Position numbers and translations under genes: made by a program
Assembly (NCBI GenBank): GCA_038227875.1
Contig: JBBRPR010000004.1
Location: 190,567 to 254,566, forward strand
Source: Planctomycetota bacterium
Lineage (GTDB): Bacteria; Planctomycetota; SZUA-567; H5-PLA8
Direction of reading: 5' to 3'
DNA length: 64,000 bases
Shown: in pieces, positions 10,461 through 20,553 of the stretch
Layout of the letters: each line of letters begins with the position of its first letter
Position numbering within the stretch: the first letter of the stretch is position 1
The notes under the pieces: model-generated
The model's database searches: none
Told to the model about the DNA's origin: nothing
What the model saw: the letters and a program-made list of their open reading frames with translations, nothing else

Positions 10461-10592
10461 TTTCAGTCTCTCCTTAAGTTTTAGCTCAAACCGGAATTGT
10501 CGCCGCGAATGACGTGCGAAGATTACACGGGATTCCAGTGGCCCACAATGGACCGGGGTGTAGACTTTTTGCACTAAACCGGTGGTCTGCCC

Positions 10593-11459
10593 ATGAGCAC
10601 AAAAACTCAAACCCCTGCCGTGAAGCACCAGACCGTCACACGCGAGGAGTGGCTGACGGCGCTGGGCGACCCGCGCTGCGCGATTCAATTCCCCGCCGGC
10701 GGCGTCTCGACCGTCGGTCCGGGATGGGGCGCGGCGCAGCGGACGATGGTCGAACACCTGCTCTACTTTGTGACGAAGAGCGCTTTTGAAATCACGCTGA
10801 ACGACAGTCCGGTTCGGATCAACGCCGGCACGCTGCTGTGGGTCATTCCCGGTACGCCGCATGCGCTGCGGGTGCCCAAAGGCGTCTCCGGATTTTCCGT
10901 ACATTGGATCCGCGTGCGTTTGCGCGCACGCGCGGGATCCACGGAATTGCGTCCGGATGTGAAAACACTCGTGCTGCCCGACGCGTGGGCGCTGAAAACG
11001 GTCTGCGAACTCTGCAGCGAGGAGTTGCAGCGCGCGCGGCCGTTCCGCGAGCAGCGACTGCGGGCATTGCTGGCGCTGATCTGCAGCCACGCCTTCCGCG
11101 CCAGCGAGGCGCCACGCTCGGGCGAACAGCTCCTGACGCCCGCGCAACGCACGCGCGTGCAGGAACTGGCCGACGCGAATATCGGCGGGCGGCTGAATCC
11201 GGCGGAAATCGCAACGGAAATCGGCCTCTCGCACGATTACTTCACGCGCGTTTTTCGACGCTCGGAAGGCGTGGCGCCGCGCCAGTGGCTGATGCAGGAG
11301 CGCATCCGGCGCGCAGCGCTGCGGCTGCGGACGTCGGTGCTCAATGTTTCCGCCGTGGCGTACGAATTCGGATACGCCGACGTCTATTTGTTCAGCCGCC
11401 AGTTTAAGCAGGTGATGGGTCTGAGCCCACTGGCGTACCGGCGGCAGGCGAAACCGTAA
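10593..11459 (+). CDS. AraC family transcriptional regulator
   Basis: Cupin-like N-terminus; C-terminal double HTH GLSHDYFTRVF...FGYADVYLFSRQFKQVMGLSP. Confidence 0.92.
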   Translation: MSTKTQTPAVKHQTVTREEWLTALGDPRCAIQFPAGGVSTVGPGWGAAQRTMVEHLLYFVTKSAFEITLNDSPVRINAGTLLWVIPGTPHALRVPKGVSGFSVHWIRVRLRARAGSTELRPDVKTLVLPDAWALKTVCELCSEELQRARPFREQRLRALLALICSHAFRASEAPRSGEQLLTPAQRTRVQELADANIGGRLNPAEIATEIGLSHDYFTRVFRRSEGVAPRQWLMQERIRRAALRLRTSVLNVSAVAYEFGYADVYLFSRQFKQVMGLSPLAYRRQAKP

Positions 11460-11555
11460 GCTTACGTTCTTGCTACAAATGCGACAAGACTGCTATAGCG
11501 CTTCACCCCCAGGCGGGGTTTGATTATCCGAATTGCAAGGCCGAAGGAGTTAAGC

Positions 11556-13433
11556 ATGAATGCTGCGCAGACGTACGATCTTGTGGTGTACGGCGGGACA
11601 CCGGGCGGACTAGCCTGCGCGATTCGCGCGGCGCGCGAGGGGCTGAGCGGCTTGTTGGTTACGCACACCCCGCATCTCGGCGGGATGCTGACCAGCGGAT
11701 TGTGCGTGTGGGATACGATTCACGAAGGCCGCCGCGCGCCGATTTACGACGAGCTTCGCGCCGCGATTCTCGAGCACTACCGCGAGACCTACGGCGAGAC
11801 CTCCGAACAGTACCGCGCGGCTGTTCCCGGCGCGGTGTCTCACAGCAACGGCAATTTCGAACCGCGCGTGGCGCAGGCGATGGTGGAAAAACTCGTCGCC
11901 GCTGAACCCTCAATTCACGTCGTACGCCAGCATATTCCAAGTGCCGTGAGTACCGACGACCGCGCGCTCTGCAGTGTCACATTCAAAGAGTTTTCCGGCG
12001 CGGCGACGTTCGATGTGAGCGCGGCGATCTTCGCCGATTGCAGCTACGAAGGCGATCTGATGGCGCTGGCCGGCGAGCCGTACGCGGTCGGCCGCGAATC
12101 GCGTGCGGCCTTCAACGAACCGCACGCGGGCCGGATTTTCATGACCTATCAGCAGGAGCAGCAGGATCCGGAATCGCAGCGGCTGTTGACCTTGCAGCGT
12201 GCGTTGAAGCTGCGCCAGTTGCCTGGCCACTACGGTGTCATCGAGACGGAAGGCTCCGGCCGCGGCGACGATTTGGTCCAGGCCTACAACTGGCGCACGA
12301 TGCTGACGGCTGACCCGGACAATCGCGTACCGCTTCCACCCGCGCCAGCGGTGCCCGGAGTGGACCTTACAAAATTGGACCGGCCGTGGGATTTTGAATT
12401 CTTGCCGAATCAAAAATTCCGCATCAACCGGCCGCAACTGCTCGAACGCCAGACAGAATATGTGGAAGGTGATTGGGCCGCGCGGCAGCGCGTGATGGAC
12501 GAGCATTGGAATGCGTTCCTGGGGATCGTCCACGCGATGCAAAATGATCCGGCTCTTAAGCCGGCGGACCGTGAACGCTGGCAAAGTTACGGATTGCCCA
12601 AGGACGAATTCGCGGACAACGGGCATCGGCCGTACGAAATTTACGCGCGCGAAACGCGGCGGCTTTCGGGGCGCTACGTCTTTACCGAACACGACGCGCT
12701 GCTCGCGCCGGGGCTTGAACGCACGCCGGTCCACGGCGACAGCATCGCCGCGACGGAATGGCCGATCGACATTCACGCATGCACCGATCAGCGCGAAGGG
12801 CACTCGCTGCAGGAAGGGAAAACGATTCTCTACCTGGAGACATTTCCCGGCCAGTTGTCGCTGCGCACGATTCTGCCGCCGCGGCTCGACAACCTGCTCG
12901 TCCCGGTCTGCTGTTCGTGCACGCACGTCGGCTGGGGGACGATCCGGCTGGAACCGACATGGATGAACATCGGCGAATCGGCCGGACAGCTCGCGGCGTT
13001 CGCGGTTAAAGCGAAGACCCCTCCAGCTCGCGTCGACGCCGACCGGTTGCAGCGCCACCTCACGAAAAGCGGCGTGATGCTTTCGTATTTCAGCGACGTA
13101 CCCGTAACGGGCGACGACGGCTGGGAAGCGGCGATGAATTACTTCGGCACAAAGGGCTTCTTCGCCGAATACGCCGCGCGTCCGCGCGAGTTGCTCACGG
13201 TGGAAACCGGTACGATCTGGGCCGAAGCCAGCGCCGCGTTGCTGGCCGGCAAACTGGAGCCGATGGCCGTCGCCAAACGCATTTTCGCCGCGGGCAAATC
13301 CGGAGCGCCGATGAACCTCAACGCGTTCCGTCGCGTTCTTCCGCCGGAGCTCGCGGCACGCTTTCCAACCGGAGAGCAGGCGCTCGCGCGAGGGCGCGCG
13401 TGCCAATGGCTCTTCGAAAGTCTGCCGGCTTAG
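11556..13433 (+). CDS. FAD-dependent oxidoreductase (FAD_oxidored family)
   Basis: AAGGAG RBS; DLVVYGGTPGG, LGGMLTSG, DCSYEGDL, YARETRR, IRLEP. Confidence 0.88.
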   Translation: MNAAQTYDLVVYGGTPGGLACAIRAAREGLSGLLVTHTPHLGGMLTSGLCVWDTIHEGRRAPIYDELRAAILEHYRETYGETSEQYRAAVPGAVSHSNGNFEPRVAQAMVEKLVAAEPSIHVVRQHIPSAVSTDDRALCSVTFKEFSGAATFDVSAAIFADCSYEGDLMALAGEPYAVGRESRAAFNEPHAGRIFMTYQQEQQDPESQRLLTLQRALKLRQLPGHYGVIETEGSGRGDDLVQAYNWRTMLTADPDNRVPLPPAPAVPGVDLTKLDRPWDFEFLPNQKFRINRPQLLERQTEYVEGDWAARQRVMDEHWNAFLGIVHAMQNDPALKPADRERWQSYGLPKDEFADNGHRPYEIYARETRRLSGRYVFTEHDALLAPGLERTPVHGDSIAATEWPIDIHACTDQREGHSLQEGKTILYLETFPGQLSLRTILPPRLDNLLVPVCCSCTHVGWGTIRLEPTWMNIGESAGQLAAFAVKAKTPPARVDADRLQRHLTKSGVMLSYFSDVPVTGDDGWEAAMNYFGTKGFFAEYAARPRELLTVETGTIWAEASAALLAGKLEPMAVAKRIFAAGKSGAPMNLNAFRRVLPPELAARFPTGEQALARGRACQWLFESLPA

Positions 13434-13552
13434 ATACATTACATATTTACCATTAATCGTATTTCATTACCGTAGAACGCTCTCAATCGACAGCGTACAT
13501 TTCTACCTGTGGGCCACGTGGCCCGAAGGTATCTACATCTGGAGAACGAACG

Positions 13553-14983
13553 ATGAACCCCACTCCAACAAAGAGCCTGAGTTTCACCCGATCGATCCGC
13601 GAATCCGAACCTTACGATCTTGCCGTCTGCGGCGGCGGGCCGTCGGGGATTCCCGCGGCCGTTGCGGCGGCGCGCGCGGGCTTGCGCGTGCTGCTGATCG
13701 AACAGACCGGGCAACTCGGCGGCGTCGGCGTGTCGGCGGGCGTCAGCCATCTGCTCGGCGGACGAGCGCCGGATAATTCGGCCTGGTGTGTCGGCGGTAT
13801 CTTTCAAGAAATGGTCGAGGGCCTTTCGAAACGCGGCGGCGCGATCCACCCCGCGGACATCAAGGGCGAAGATTTCAGCCCGCACGGTTGGACCGGCAAA
13901 GTTTCGTGCCTGACGTACGGCGTGCCGTTCGACCCGATGGCGATGGCCGGATATCTCGATGAGCTGCTGCTCGACGCCGGCGTCGACGTGCTGTTCTTCA
14001 CCAGCGTCGTCGATGTGATCAAGGATACGACGAAGCCGGAACGCATTTCGCACGTCGTTGTCTTCAACAAGAGCGGATTGCAAGCGATCCCGGTCGGCGC
14101 GGTGGTGGATGCGACCGGCGACGGCGACGTCGCAGCGCGCAGCGGCTGTCAATTCGTTAAAGGCCGGCCCGAAGATGGCTTGATGACGCCGGCGACGCTG
14201 ATGTTCCACGTCGACCGCGTCGATCAGGATGCGCTGTCGTCGGAGATTTACCGCTCGGGCTCCAACCGTTTCCGCGAACTGATCCAGCGTCTGCGCGCGT
14301 CGGGCGAATGGACGTTTCCCTATGATATTTTCATCAGCGTTCAGCTGAACGAAAAAGGCACGCTGATGATCAACACCACGCGAATCTGCGATGTCGACGG
14401 CACCGATGGCCGTTCCGTATCGCGCGGCATGATGCAGGGACGGCGCGAAGTTCATCGCCTGTTCGAGCTGATGAAAAAGCATTTTCCGGGCTTCGCAGAC
14501 GCGCGCATCAAACTCGTCGCGCCAGTGCTGGGCGTGCGCGAAACGCGGCGGATCGTGGGAACGTTTGTCTACACGGTCGCCGACATTCTCGCGGCGCGGG
14601 ACTTCGACGACACGATCGGCTTCTCGGCCTATCCGTGGGATCTCCCGGACCCGAAGCGGCCGAGTTTCCAGCCCATGCACGAAGCCAAGCGCCACGCGCC
14701 GCGCGCGATCACGCCGATTCCGTATCGCGTGCTGGTGCCGCGGCCGGTCGAGAATCTGATCTGCCCCGGCCGCGCGATCAGTGTCGAACGCGATGTCCTG
14801 GGGCCGCTGCGCGAAATGGCGCCGTGCTACGCGATGGGCCACGCGGCCGGGCTGGCGTCGGTGCAGGTCATCCGCGACGGCGTTTCGTTCGCGAACGTCG
14901 ACGTGCCACGACTGCGCGAAAATCTGCGCGCCCAAAACGGCGTGGTGGAATGGAATCCGCAGCCGGTCGCGGCTGCGCGCTGA
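13553..14983 (+). CDS. FAD-dependent oxidoreductase (FAD_oxidored family)
   Basis: GGGPSG, DATGDGD, GVRETRR, IPYRVL, NLICPGRAIS, GHAAG. Confidence 0.9.
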   Translation: MNPTPTKSLSFTRSIRESEPYDLAVCGGGPSGIPAAVAAARAGLRVLLIEQTGQLGGVGVSAGVSHLLGGRAPDNSAWCVGGIFQEMVEGLSKRGGAIHPADIKGEDFSPHGWTGKVSCLTYGVPFDPMAMAGYLDELLLDAGVDVLFFTSVVDVIKDTTKPERISHVVVFNKSGLQAIPVGAVVDATGDGDVAARSGCQFVKGRPEDGLMTPATLMFHVDRVDQDALSSEIYRSGSNRFRELIQRLRASGEWTFPYDIFISVQLNEKGTLMINTTRICDVDGTDGRSVSRGMMQGRREVHRLFELMKKHFPGFADARIKLVAPVLGVRETRRIVGTFVYTVADILAARDFDDTIGFSAYPWDLPDPKRPSFQPMHEAKRHAPRAITPIPYRVLVPRPVENLICPGRAISVERDVLGPLREMAPCYAMGHAAGLASVQVIRDGVSFANVDVPRLRENLRAQNGVVEWNPQPVAAAR

Positions 14984-15075
14984 GTTACTTCAAGATGGGA
15001 GCAGACCGTCGAAGATGTCGTGACGGCGGTCTGCTCCAGCTAAGTCATGCCGACAAATTCCCATTCGAATTTAAT

Positions 15076-15879
15076 TTACGCCAGCGCCGCCCTCCCCCTT
15101 GCTTTTCGTAATTCCGATGGCGGACTCCCAAACACTTTTCGCACCGTTTTATTGAACAGATGCGGGTCGGGGATGCCGACTTCGGCGGCGATGGATTTGA
15201 TCGGGAGCGTCGAGTAGCGCAGCAGATGGCGCGCGCGTTCCAGACGGCGCGTGCGGATGTATTCGGAGACCGTCTGTCCGGCGGCCTGGCGGAACAAGCG
15301 GTTGAGGTGGGTCTGCGAAATATCGGCGCTCTTCGCGAGGTCCTCAATGCTGAGCGGTTCGGCCAGTCGCGCGTGGATCTGGCCGAAGACCAGGCTGAGC
15401 GCCGGGTGAAGCGCGGCGTGGGGCGGCGCGCTGACGTCGCCGAGTTCCGTGATTTCCCAGAGGACCTCCCACACTCGCGCGGCAGCGCGTTCGGGCCTTT
15501 CGGCGAGGACGGCAGCGGCGTGCTGAATCGACAGCCGGAGGCGGTCGAAGTCGCCGGCGAGGTCGAGCATCGCGGGGATCGGCTGCGTGCCGGCGCCGCG
15601 CACAGGGATAAAGTGCGCCCACGTCAGTGTCGCGGGACCATCGAAGCGGTAATCCATATCGTGATCGGGCACCGTGATGCTCGCGTAGCCGGGCCGGATC
15701 GGCAGCACGTGTCCGGCGATGCGCAGTTCGCCGGTGCCTTCGTAGAGATTCAGACACCAGATCTGGTTGAGCCGGTAGTGCTCGATGCCACGATGTCCGT
15801 GCTGCGACCGGCCGTTCATCTGCGCGATCATCGGGCAGCTCTTGAGCGGCAGGTCCCATGTCAAGTTATCGGTTATCAT
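15076..15879 (-). CDS. AraC family transcriptional regulator
   Basis: C-terminal HTH ISQTHLNRLF...VGIPDPHLFNKTVRKVFGSPP; start codon uncertain (15879 or 15915). Confidence 0.88.
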   Translation of the reverse strand: MITDNLTWDLPLKSCPMIAQMNGRSQHGHRGIEHYRLNQIWCLNLYEGTGELRIAGHVLPIRPGYASITVPDHDMDYRFDGPATLTWAHFIPVRGAGTQPIPAMLDLAGDFDRLRLSIQHAAAVLAERPERAAARVWEVLWEITELGDVSAPPHAALHPALSLVFGQIHARLAEPLSIEDLAKSADISQTHLNRLFRQAAGQTVSEYIRTRRLERARHLLRYSTLPIKSIAAEVGIPDPHLFNKTVRKVFGSPPSELRKARGRAALA

Positions 15880-16028
15880 GTTGATTATATACCAATGATG
15901 GTCGATTGGGGCCATTGCGGAGTAGGCCGATACATAGAATAATCCCTCTCACGCAGCCGAAGTCAAGAGTTTGAGTGTTGAATCCGTACCAATAGTGTCC
16001 CGCTAATGAGAAATGGGAGTTCGCCACC

Positions 16029-17024
16029 GTGAAAACGCGCGCCGTAGTCTTCACCGCACCCGGAGAGGTATCCTTCGACACGATCGAGATGCCGCCACCG
16101 CTGCCGGGGCAGGTGCAGATCGAGACGCATTTCTCGACCATCAGCGCCGGAACGGAAGGATGGGCGTTGCAGGATCGCTTCACGTGGCAGAAGACGCCGT
16201 TTCCGTGCGTGCCGGGTTACCAGCGCGTGGGCGTGGTGCGGGAGCTGGGTGAAGGCGTCACGGATTTTCGCGTCGGCGAGCGCGTCTTCGCGACCGTCGG
16301 CGTCTGGGATGGACCGGTGAAACCGCAGTGGGGTTCACACGCGGCCGTGGCGAACACCTGGGCGGGCGAAGTATACAAACTTAGTCCCGAGATCGATGCG
16401 CTCGACGCGGCCGGCACGGTCGTCGCGCAGGTCGGCTACAACGCGGCGTACCGCGCGGTGTTGAAGCCCGGACAGTGGGTCATCGTCTACGGCGACGGCA
16501 TCATCGGGCAGTCGGCGGCTCAGGCGGCGCGTTCGCGGGGCGCGAAAGTGATTCTCGTCGGCCACCGCAGCGAGCGGCTGGATCTCGGCCGGCGCTTCAG
16601 CGCGGATGTTGCGATCGACAATAAAAAGGAAGACGTCGCAGCCGTGGTCAAGTCGCACACCGGCGGCATGAACGTCACGGCGGTCCTCGATTCGGTGCAG
16701 CACGAATCGGCGCAGCGCGAATACGTTCCGCTGCTCGACCACGGCGCCGGACAGATCGTTTACTGCGGCTTCACGCCCGGCAACACGTGGGCCGACATGG
16801 CGCTGCTGCAGCAGCGGGAACTCACCACGCACTACATTTCAGGCTGGTCGCGGGCGCGCATGGAAGCGACGTTGAAGCTGTTTGCGACGAAGGCGATGAG
16901 CCTCAAGCCGCTGACGACGCATCTGGCTCCGTGTGCCACCGGACCGGAGCTGTACCGGAAAATTCTGACCAAGAGCGATTTCTTTTTGGGCCTCACATTG
17001 GATTGGACTGGAGAACACCGATGA
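16029..17024 (+). CDS. MDR (alcohol dehydrogenase-like) oxidoreductase
   Basis: GTG start after GGGAG; ISAGTE, PGY..VG.V..G, GDGIIG; canonical catalytic zinc Cys/GHE ligands absent. Confidence 0.85.
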   Translation: MKTRAVVFTAPGEVSFDTIEMPPPLPGQVQIETHFSTISAGTEGWALQDRFTWQKTPFPCVPGYQRVGVVRELGEGVTDFRVGERVFATVGVWDGPVKPQWGSHAAVANTWAGEVYKLSPEIDALDAAGTVVAQVGYNAAYRAVLKPGQWVIVYGDGIIGQSAAQAARSRGAKVILVGHRSERLDLGRRFSADVAIDNKKEDVAAVVKSHTGGMNVTAVLDSVQHESAQREYVPLLDHGAGQIVYCGFTPGNTWADMALLQQRELTTHYISGWSRARMEATLKLFATKAMSLKPLTTHLAPCATGPELYRKILTKSDFFLGLTLDWTGEHR

Positions 17025-17917
17025 ACGTTTTGATCACAGGCGGACTGGGCTTCGTCGCGCGGCACGTCACGGCCGCGCTGGAAAAATCCGGGCATACGAT
17101 CCGCCTGCTCGACCGCGTCAACCCGGAAGACGCGACGGTCTTCGTGCCGGGAAAGGCCGAGCGGCAGCACTCACCGTTCAAATCGAAGTGGCCGTACGTC
17201 AAGGCGGAGATCACGGACCTCAACGCGATGCGCGCGGCGTGCGAAGGCGTCGACGCGGTAATCCATCTCGCCGCCGCGACCACCGGTCTGCCCGAGCACG
17301 GTAAAGCGATCATGGAAGCCAATGTGATCGGCACCTACGTGACGCTGGACGCCGCGCGTCTGTCCGGCGTGAAGCGCTTCCTGTGTGCGTCGAGCATCAA
17401 CGCCTTCGGAACGATTTACTGGCGGCTGAGCGGCAAGGCACCGGTCTACGACCGCATGCCTCTGGACGAAACATTTCACTGCGTGCCGGAAGATCCGTAC
17501 AGCCTCAGCAAGCTGGTGAACGAAGAAACCTGCGCCGCGTTCCACCGCGCGTACGGGATCATCACGGCGGCGTTCCGCTTCTCCGGCGTGCGCACGAACG
17601 AAGATTACGAATGGCTGCGCAAGAACATGAAGCCGACGACACAGTGGCACGACGATCTGTACACGTGGGTTCACGTCGAAGACATCGCGTCCGGCGTTCT
17701 GGCCGCTCTGGAAGCGGAGACGTTGCCGGGATTCGGCGCTTACACGCTCGCCTCGCCGGACACGTATTGCCCCGAGCCGACGATGGAAATCCTGCGCAAG
17801 TTCCGCCCGGACCTCGCGAAGACCGTGATCGAACCGCTGGAAGGCCGCGAGACGTTGATGTCCATCCGCCGCGCGCAGCGGACGTTTGGGTACGCGCCGA
17901 AATACCGACTCGACTGA
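17021..17917 (+). CDS. NAD-dependent epimerase/dehydratase (extended SDR)
   Basis: ITGGLGFVA, VIHLAA, YSLSK; ATGA overlap with upstream gene (translational coupling). Confidence 0.9.
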   Translation: MNVLITGGLGFVARHVTAALEKSGHTIRLLDRVNPEDATVFVPGKAERQHSPFKSKWPYVKAEITDLNAMRAACEGVDAVIHLAAATTGLPEHGKAIMEANVIGTYVTLDAARLSGVKRFLCASSINAFGTIYWRLSGKAPVYDRMPLDETFHCVPEDPYSLSKLVNEETCAAFHRAYGIITAAFRFSGVRTNEDYEWLRKNMKPTTQWHDDLYTWVHVEDIASGVLAALEAETLPGFGAYTLASPDTYCPEPTMEILRKFRPDLAKTVIEPLEGRETLMSIRRAQRTFGYAPKYRLD

Positions 17918-17920
17918 AGG

Positions 17921-17956
17921 GAATGTCGCGAATGTCGAAATTCGCGAATGTCGAAT
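17921..17956. repeat. Short degenerate heptamer repeat (GAATGTC-like)
   Basis: GAATGTCGCGAATGTCGAAATTCGCGAATGTCGAAT between convergent genes. Confidence 0.6.
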
Positions 17957-17975
17957 AGCCGCGTGGACTGCGCGG

Positions 17976-18647
17976 CTATTGCGAGATGAAGCTTTCCATG
18001 TTCATCCAATCTGCGTCCTGGATGTCGCCATCGGTGGTGATGTCGTTGTCTTGAACTGATGGATGGCTCTTGTCGCTTGTCGCCACGACGTTGACGACAC
18101 TGTCGAACCACTCCACGCGTCCCGACCCGCGCAGACAATTCTGCCCGGCGGCGGAGCCGTGGTTGTCGGAGTTTCTTCCTGCGGCGGTGAAATCGGCGAC
18201 GACGATGGCCATCGCGTCATTGGGCGAGTGCGGTTGGTAGTCCGTACCTTTGTTGCCGGAGTCGTAGCCGTAGTGGGTCATCGATGCCGTCAGTGGTTTG
18301 GATGACGCCGCCGCGCCAATGGTCGGTCCTAAACCAGCAAGCGCCGGAATTGTTGGTTTCGAGGCGCACGAAAAGATTCGGTAGTCGGAAACATAATCAC
18401 GATACAAGATGCCGAGTGACGGCAGCGGATCGCCTCGGCCCTTCAGCTTGTTCGTTGGAAATGTGGCATAAGTTGGAACGTCAGAATACATGATCAACGC
18501 TTTACCCATCTGACTGAGATTATTGGCGCACGACGCGTTTCGCGCATACTCATGGTTTCGGCCAAACAAGGGCAGTATCAACGCCGCCAACAGCCCTAGG
18601 ATTGCAATGACGACGATCAACTCCAATAACGTAAATCCACGTTTCAT
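17976..18647 (-). CDS. Prepilin-type N-terminal cleavage/methylation protein (DUF1559-like)
   Basis: MKRGFTLLELIVVIAILGLL; CANNLSQMG; C-terminal NHG...N.L..SG.V.W. Confidence 0.88.
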   Translation of the reverse strand: MKRGFTLLELIVVIAILGLLAALILPLFGRNHEYARNASCANNLSQMGKALIMYSDVPTYATFPTNKLKGRGDPLPSLGILYRDYVSDYRIFSCASKPTIPALAGLGPTIGAAASSKPLTASMTHYGYDSGNKGTDYQPHSPNDAMAIVVADFTAAGRNSDNHGSAAGQNCLRGSGRVEWFDSVVNVVATSDKSHPSVQDNDITTDGDIQDADWMNMESFISQ

Positions 18648-18718
18648 AGTTCACCTCGCAATCGCCGATCGGTGATGGAGTTATCTGAGAAAATTCAAGC
18701 CACATTGTGCGCGAAATC

Positions 18719-18740
18719 GTGGTCGCAAATTTGCGACCAC
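18719..18740. repeat. Perfect 22-bp palindrome
   Basis: GTGGTCGCAAATTTGCGACCAC between the two pilin-like genes. Confidence 0.85.
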
Positions 18741-18777
18741 CAAAAACCAACGATCTCGTGGGGCCGATGTTTCACCT

Positions 18778-19449
18778 TCATTGTGAAATGTAGCTCTTCA
18801 ATGTCGCCAGTTTGGGATCTGAAAACGTACCGTCGGTAGTGATATCGCTGTCTTGAATCTTCGAGTCCCCATTTGGTCCCGAAGCAAGGAGATTGACACG
18901 GTCTTCAAACCATTCCACGCTCCCCGAAGCGCGCAGGCAATTCTGCCCCACGGCTGGACCATGGTTGTCGGAATTTTTTCCGGCAGCTGTGAAATCGGCG
19001 ACCACGATCGCCATGGCGTCATTCGGCGTGTGCGGCCGATAGTTCGTGCCCTGGTTGCCCGGGTCGTAGCCAAAGTGAGTCATGGTTGCATCGAGCGGAG
19101 CGGACGAAGGCGCCAGTCCCACCGTCGGACCCAGCGTCCGTAGCGCTGTTAACGTTGACTTGCCAGCGCAGGAAAAGACGCGGCTATCGGAGACATAATC
19201 GCGGTAGAGGATGCCGAGCGATGGCAGCGGATCGCCGCGTCCGGTCGGCTTATTCGTGGGAAAAGATGTATTGCTGGGAACCTCGGAATAGAGGATCAAC
19301 GCTTTGCCAATCTGGCTGAGACTGTTGGCGCACGACGCGCGACGCGCAACGCTTCGCGATTGGGTGCCTGTCGGCAATACAATCACGGCGATCAGCCCCA
19401 GGATCGCGATGCCCACCAGTACTTCAAACAACGTCAGCCCGCGATTCAT
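18778..19449 (-). CDS. Prepilin-type protein, tandem paralog of 17976-18647
   Basis: RGLTLFEVLV; shared blocks GRGDPLPSLGILYRDYVSD and PNDAMAIVVADFTAAG; start approximate. Confidence 0.85.
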   Translation of the reverse strand: MNRGLTLFEVLVGIAILGLIAVIVLPTGTQSRSVARRASCANSLSQIGKALILYSEVPSNTSFPTNKPTGRGDPLPSLGILYRDYVSDSRVFSCAGKSTLTALRTLGPTVGLAPSSAPLDATMTHFGYDPGNQGTNYRPHTPNDAMAIVVADFTAAGKNSDNHGPAVGQNCLRASGSVEWFEDRVNLLASGPNGDSKIQDSDITTDGTFSDPKLATLKSYISQ

Positions 19450-19525
19450 CATCCACCTCATCAGCGCGAAATCGCGCCAGCAGTAATACGCAGCGGCGGT
19501 GAATTGAGTTCGGAGTATTGCGGAA

Positions 19526-20479
19526 TTACCGCGCGCGCTGGCGTTTGTTGAGGTACGCCAACAGGGCAGTGCTGAGCGGTTCAGAAGTGGTCAGCGGGAT
19601 GAAATCGATGTCGTTCTGGCGGCAGAAGCGACGGATTTTTTCGGTGTGCTCGGCCAGCGCTTCCTTGTACGCGTCGGCGATGTAGCTGCTCTGCGTGACC
19701 AGCGTCGCCTGCGTTTCGGAATCGACGAATTCAATGTTGTCGCGGTACGGAAAATCGCGCTCTTCCGGCGCCAGCAGCTGAAAGACGATCACTTCGTGCC
19801 GGCGGATGCGGAAGCCTTTCAAGCCGGCGATGATCTTCTCGGGGTCGTCGAGCAGATCGCTGATCAGCACAATCAGGCCGCGTTGCGGAAAGCGCTCGGG
19901 CAATCCGGACAGGCCTTTCTCGGTATTCGTCCCGGCATCCGGCGTGGCGCGGCTGAGGGCCTGGTAGATCAGGTGCAGATGCAGATTGCTGGACTTCGCG
20001 GGGATCAGTTCCGTCAGCCCCTCGCGGAAGATCGCCAATCCCGCCGCGTCGCTCTGGTGAATCATCAGGTACGCCAGCGCGGCCGCGAGATTGCGCGCGT
20101 AGAGCCACTTCTGAATGCCTTCGGACTTTCCGTTCGGCAGCGCGTCTTCTCCGCCAAAGCGCATCGACGCGGAAGCATCGAGCAGAATGTGGCAGCGCGT
20201 GTTGGTGTTCTCTTCGAACTGCTTGATGTAAATGCGGTCGGACCGCGCGACGACTTTCCAATCGATGAACTTGAAGCTGTCGCCCTTGGCGTACTTGCGG
20301 TAGGCGCTGAATTCCGACGAGAAGCCGTGGTACGGGCTGCGGTGCAGACCGATCAGGAATCCCTGCACGATAAAACGCGCGACGAGTTCAATGTTGGAAA
20401 TCCGCGCGATGACTTTCGGGTCGAGAAAGCGCGAGTCGCCGTCGAGTTTGGAGTCCTGTTTTTCGGCGAAGAGAGCCAT
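19526..20479 (-). CDS. DUF58 family protein (VWA-like, usually MoxR-associated)
   Basis: GLHRSPYHGFSSEF, IDWKV, KQFEENTN, LLDASASM, LISDL. Confidence 0.92.
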   Translation of the reverse strand: MALFAEKQDSKLDGDSRFLDPKVIARISNIELVARFIVQGFLIGLHRSPYHGFSSEFSAYRKYAKGDSFKFIDWKVVARSDRIYIKQFEENTNTRCHILLDASASMRFGGEDALPNGKSEGIQKWLYARNLAAALAYLMIHQSDAAGLAIFREGLTELIPAKSSNLHLHLIYQALSRATPDAGTNTEKGLSGLPERFPQRGLIVLISDLLDDPEKIIAGLKGFRIRRHEVIVFQLLAPEERDFPYRDNIEFVDSETQATLVTQSSYIADAYKEALAEHTEKIRRFCRQNDIDFIPLTTSEPLSTALLAYLNKRQRAR

Positions 20480-20553
20480 GCGCGCGTGTCCGGGGGCAAT
20501 GGGGACTGAACTGTCCTTACTGTATGACGAAGTGAGTGTCGCGCCAGTGGCTC

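Noticed and set aside
10461..11234. N-terminal extension of the PhyH ORF to 506 aa
   Set aside because: Overlaps the AraC gene antisense; a good RBS and ATG exist at 10460
18671..18720. GGTGATGGAGTT resembling the start of a fluoride riboswitch
   Set aside because: No downstream GCTGATGACTCC-like pairing segment; wrong orientation for the adjacent genes
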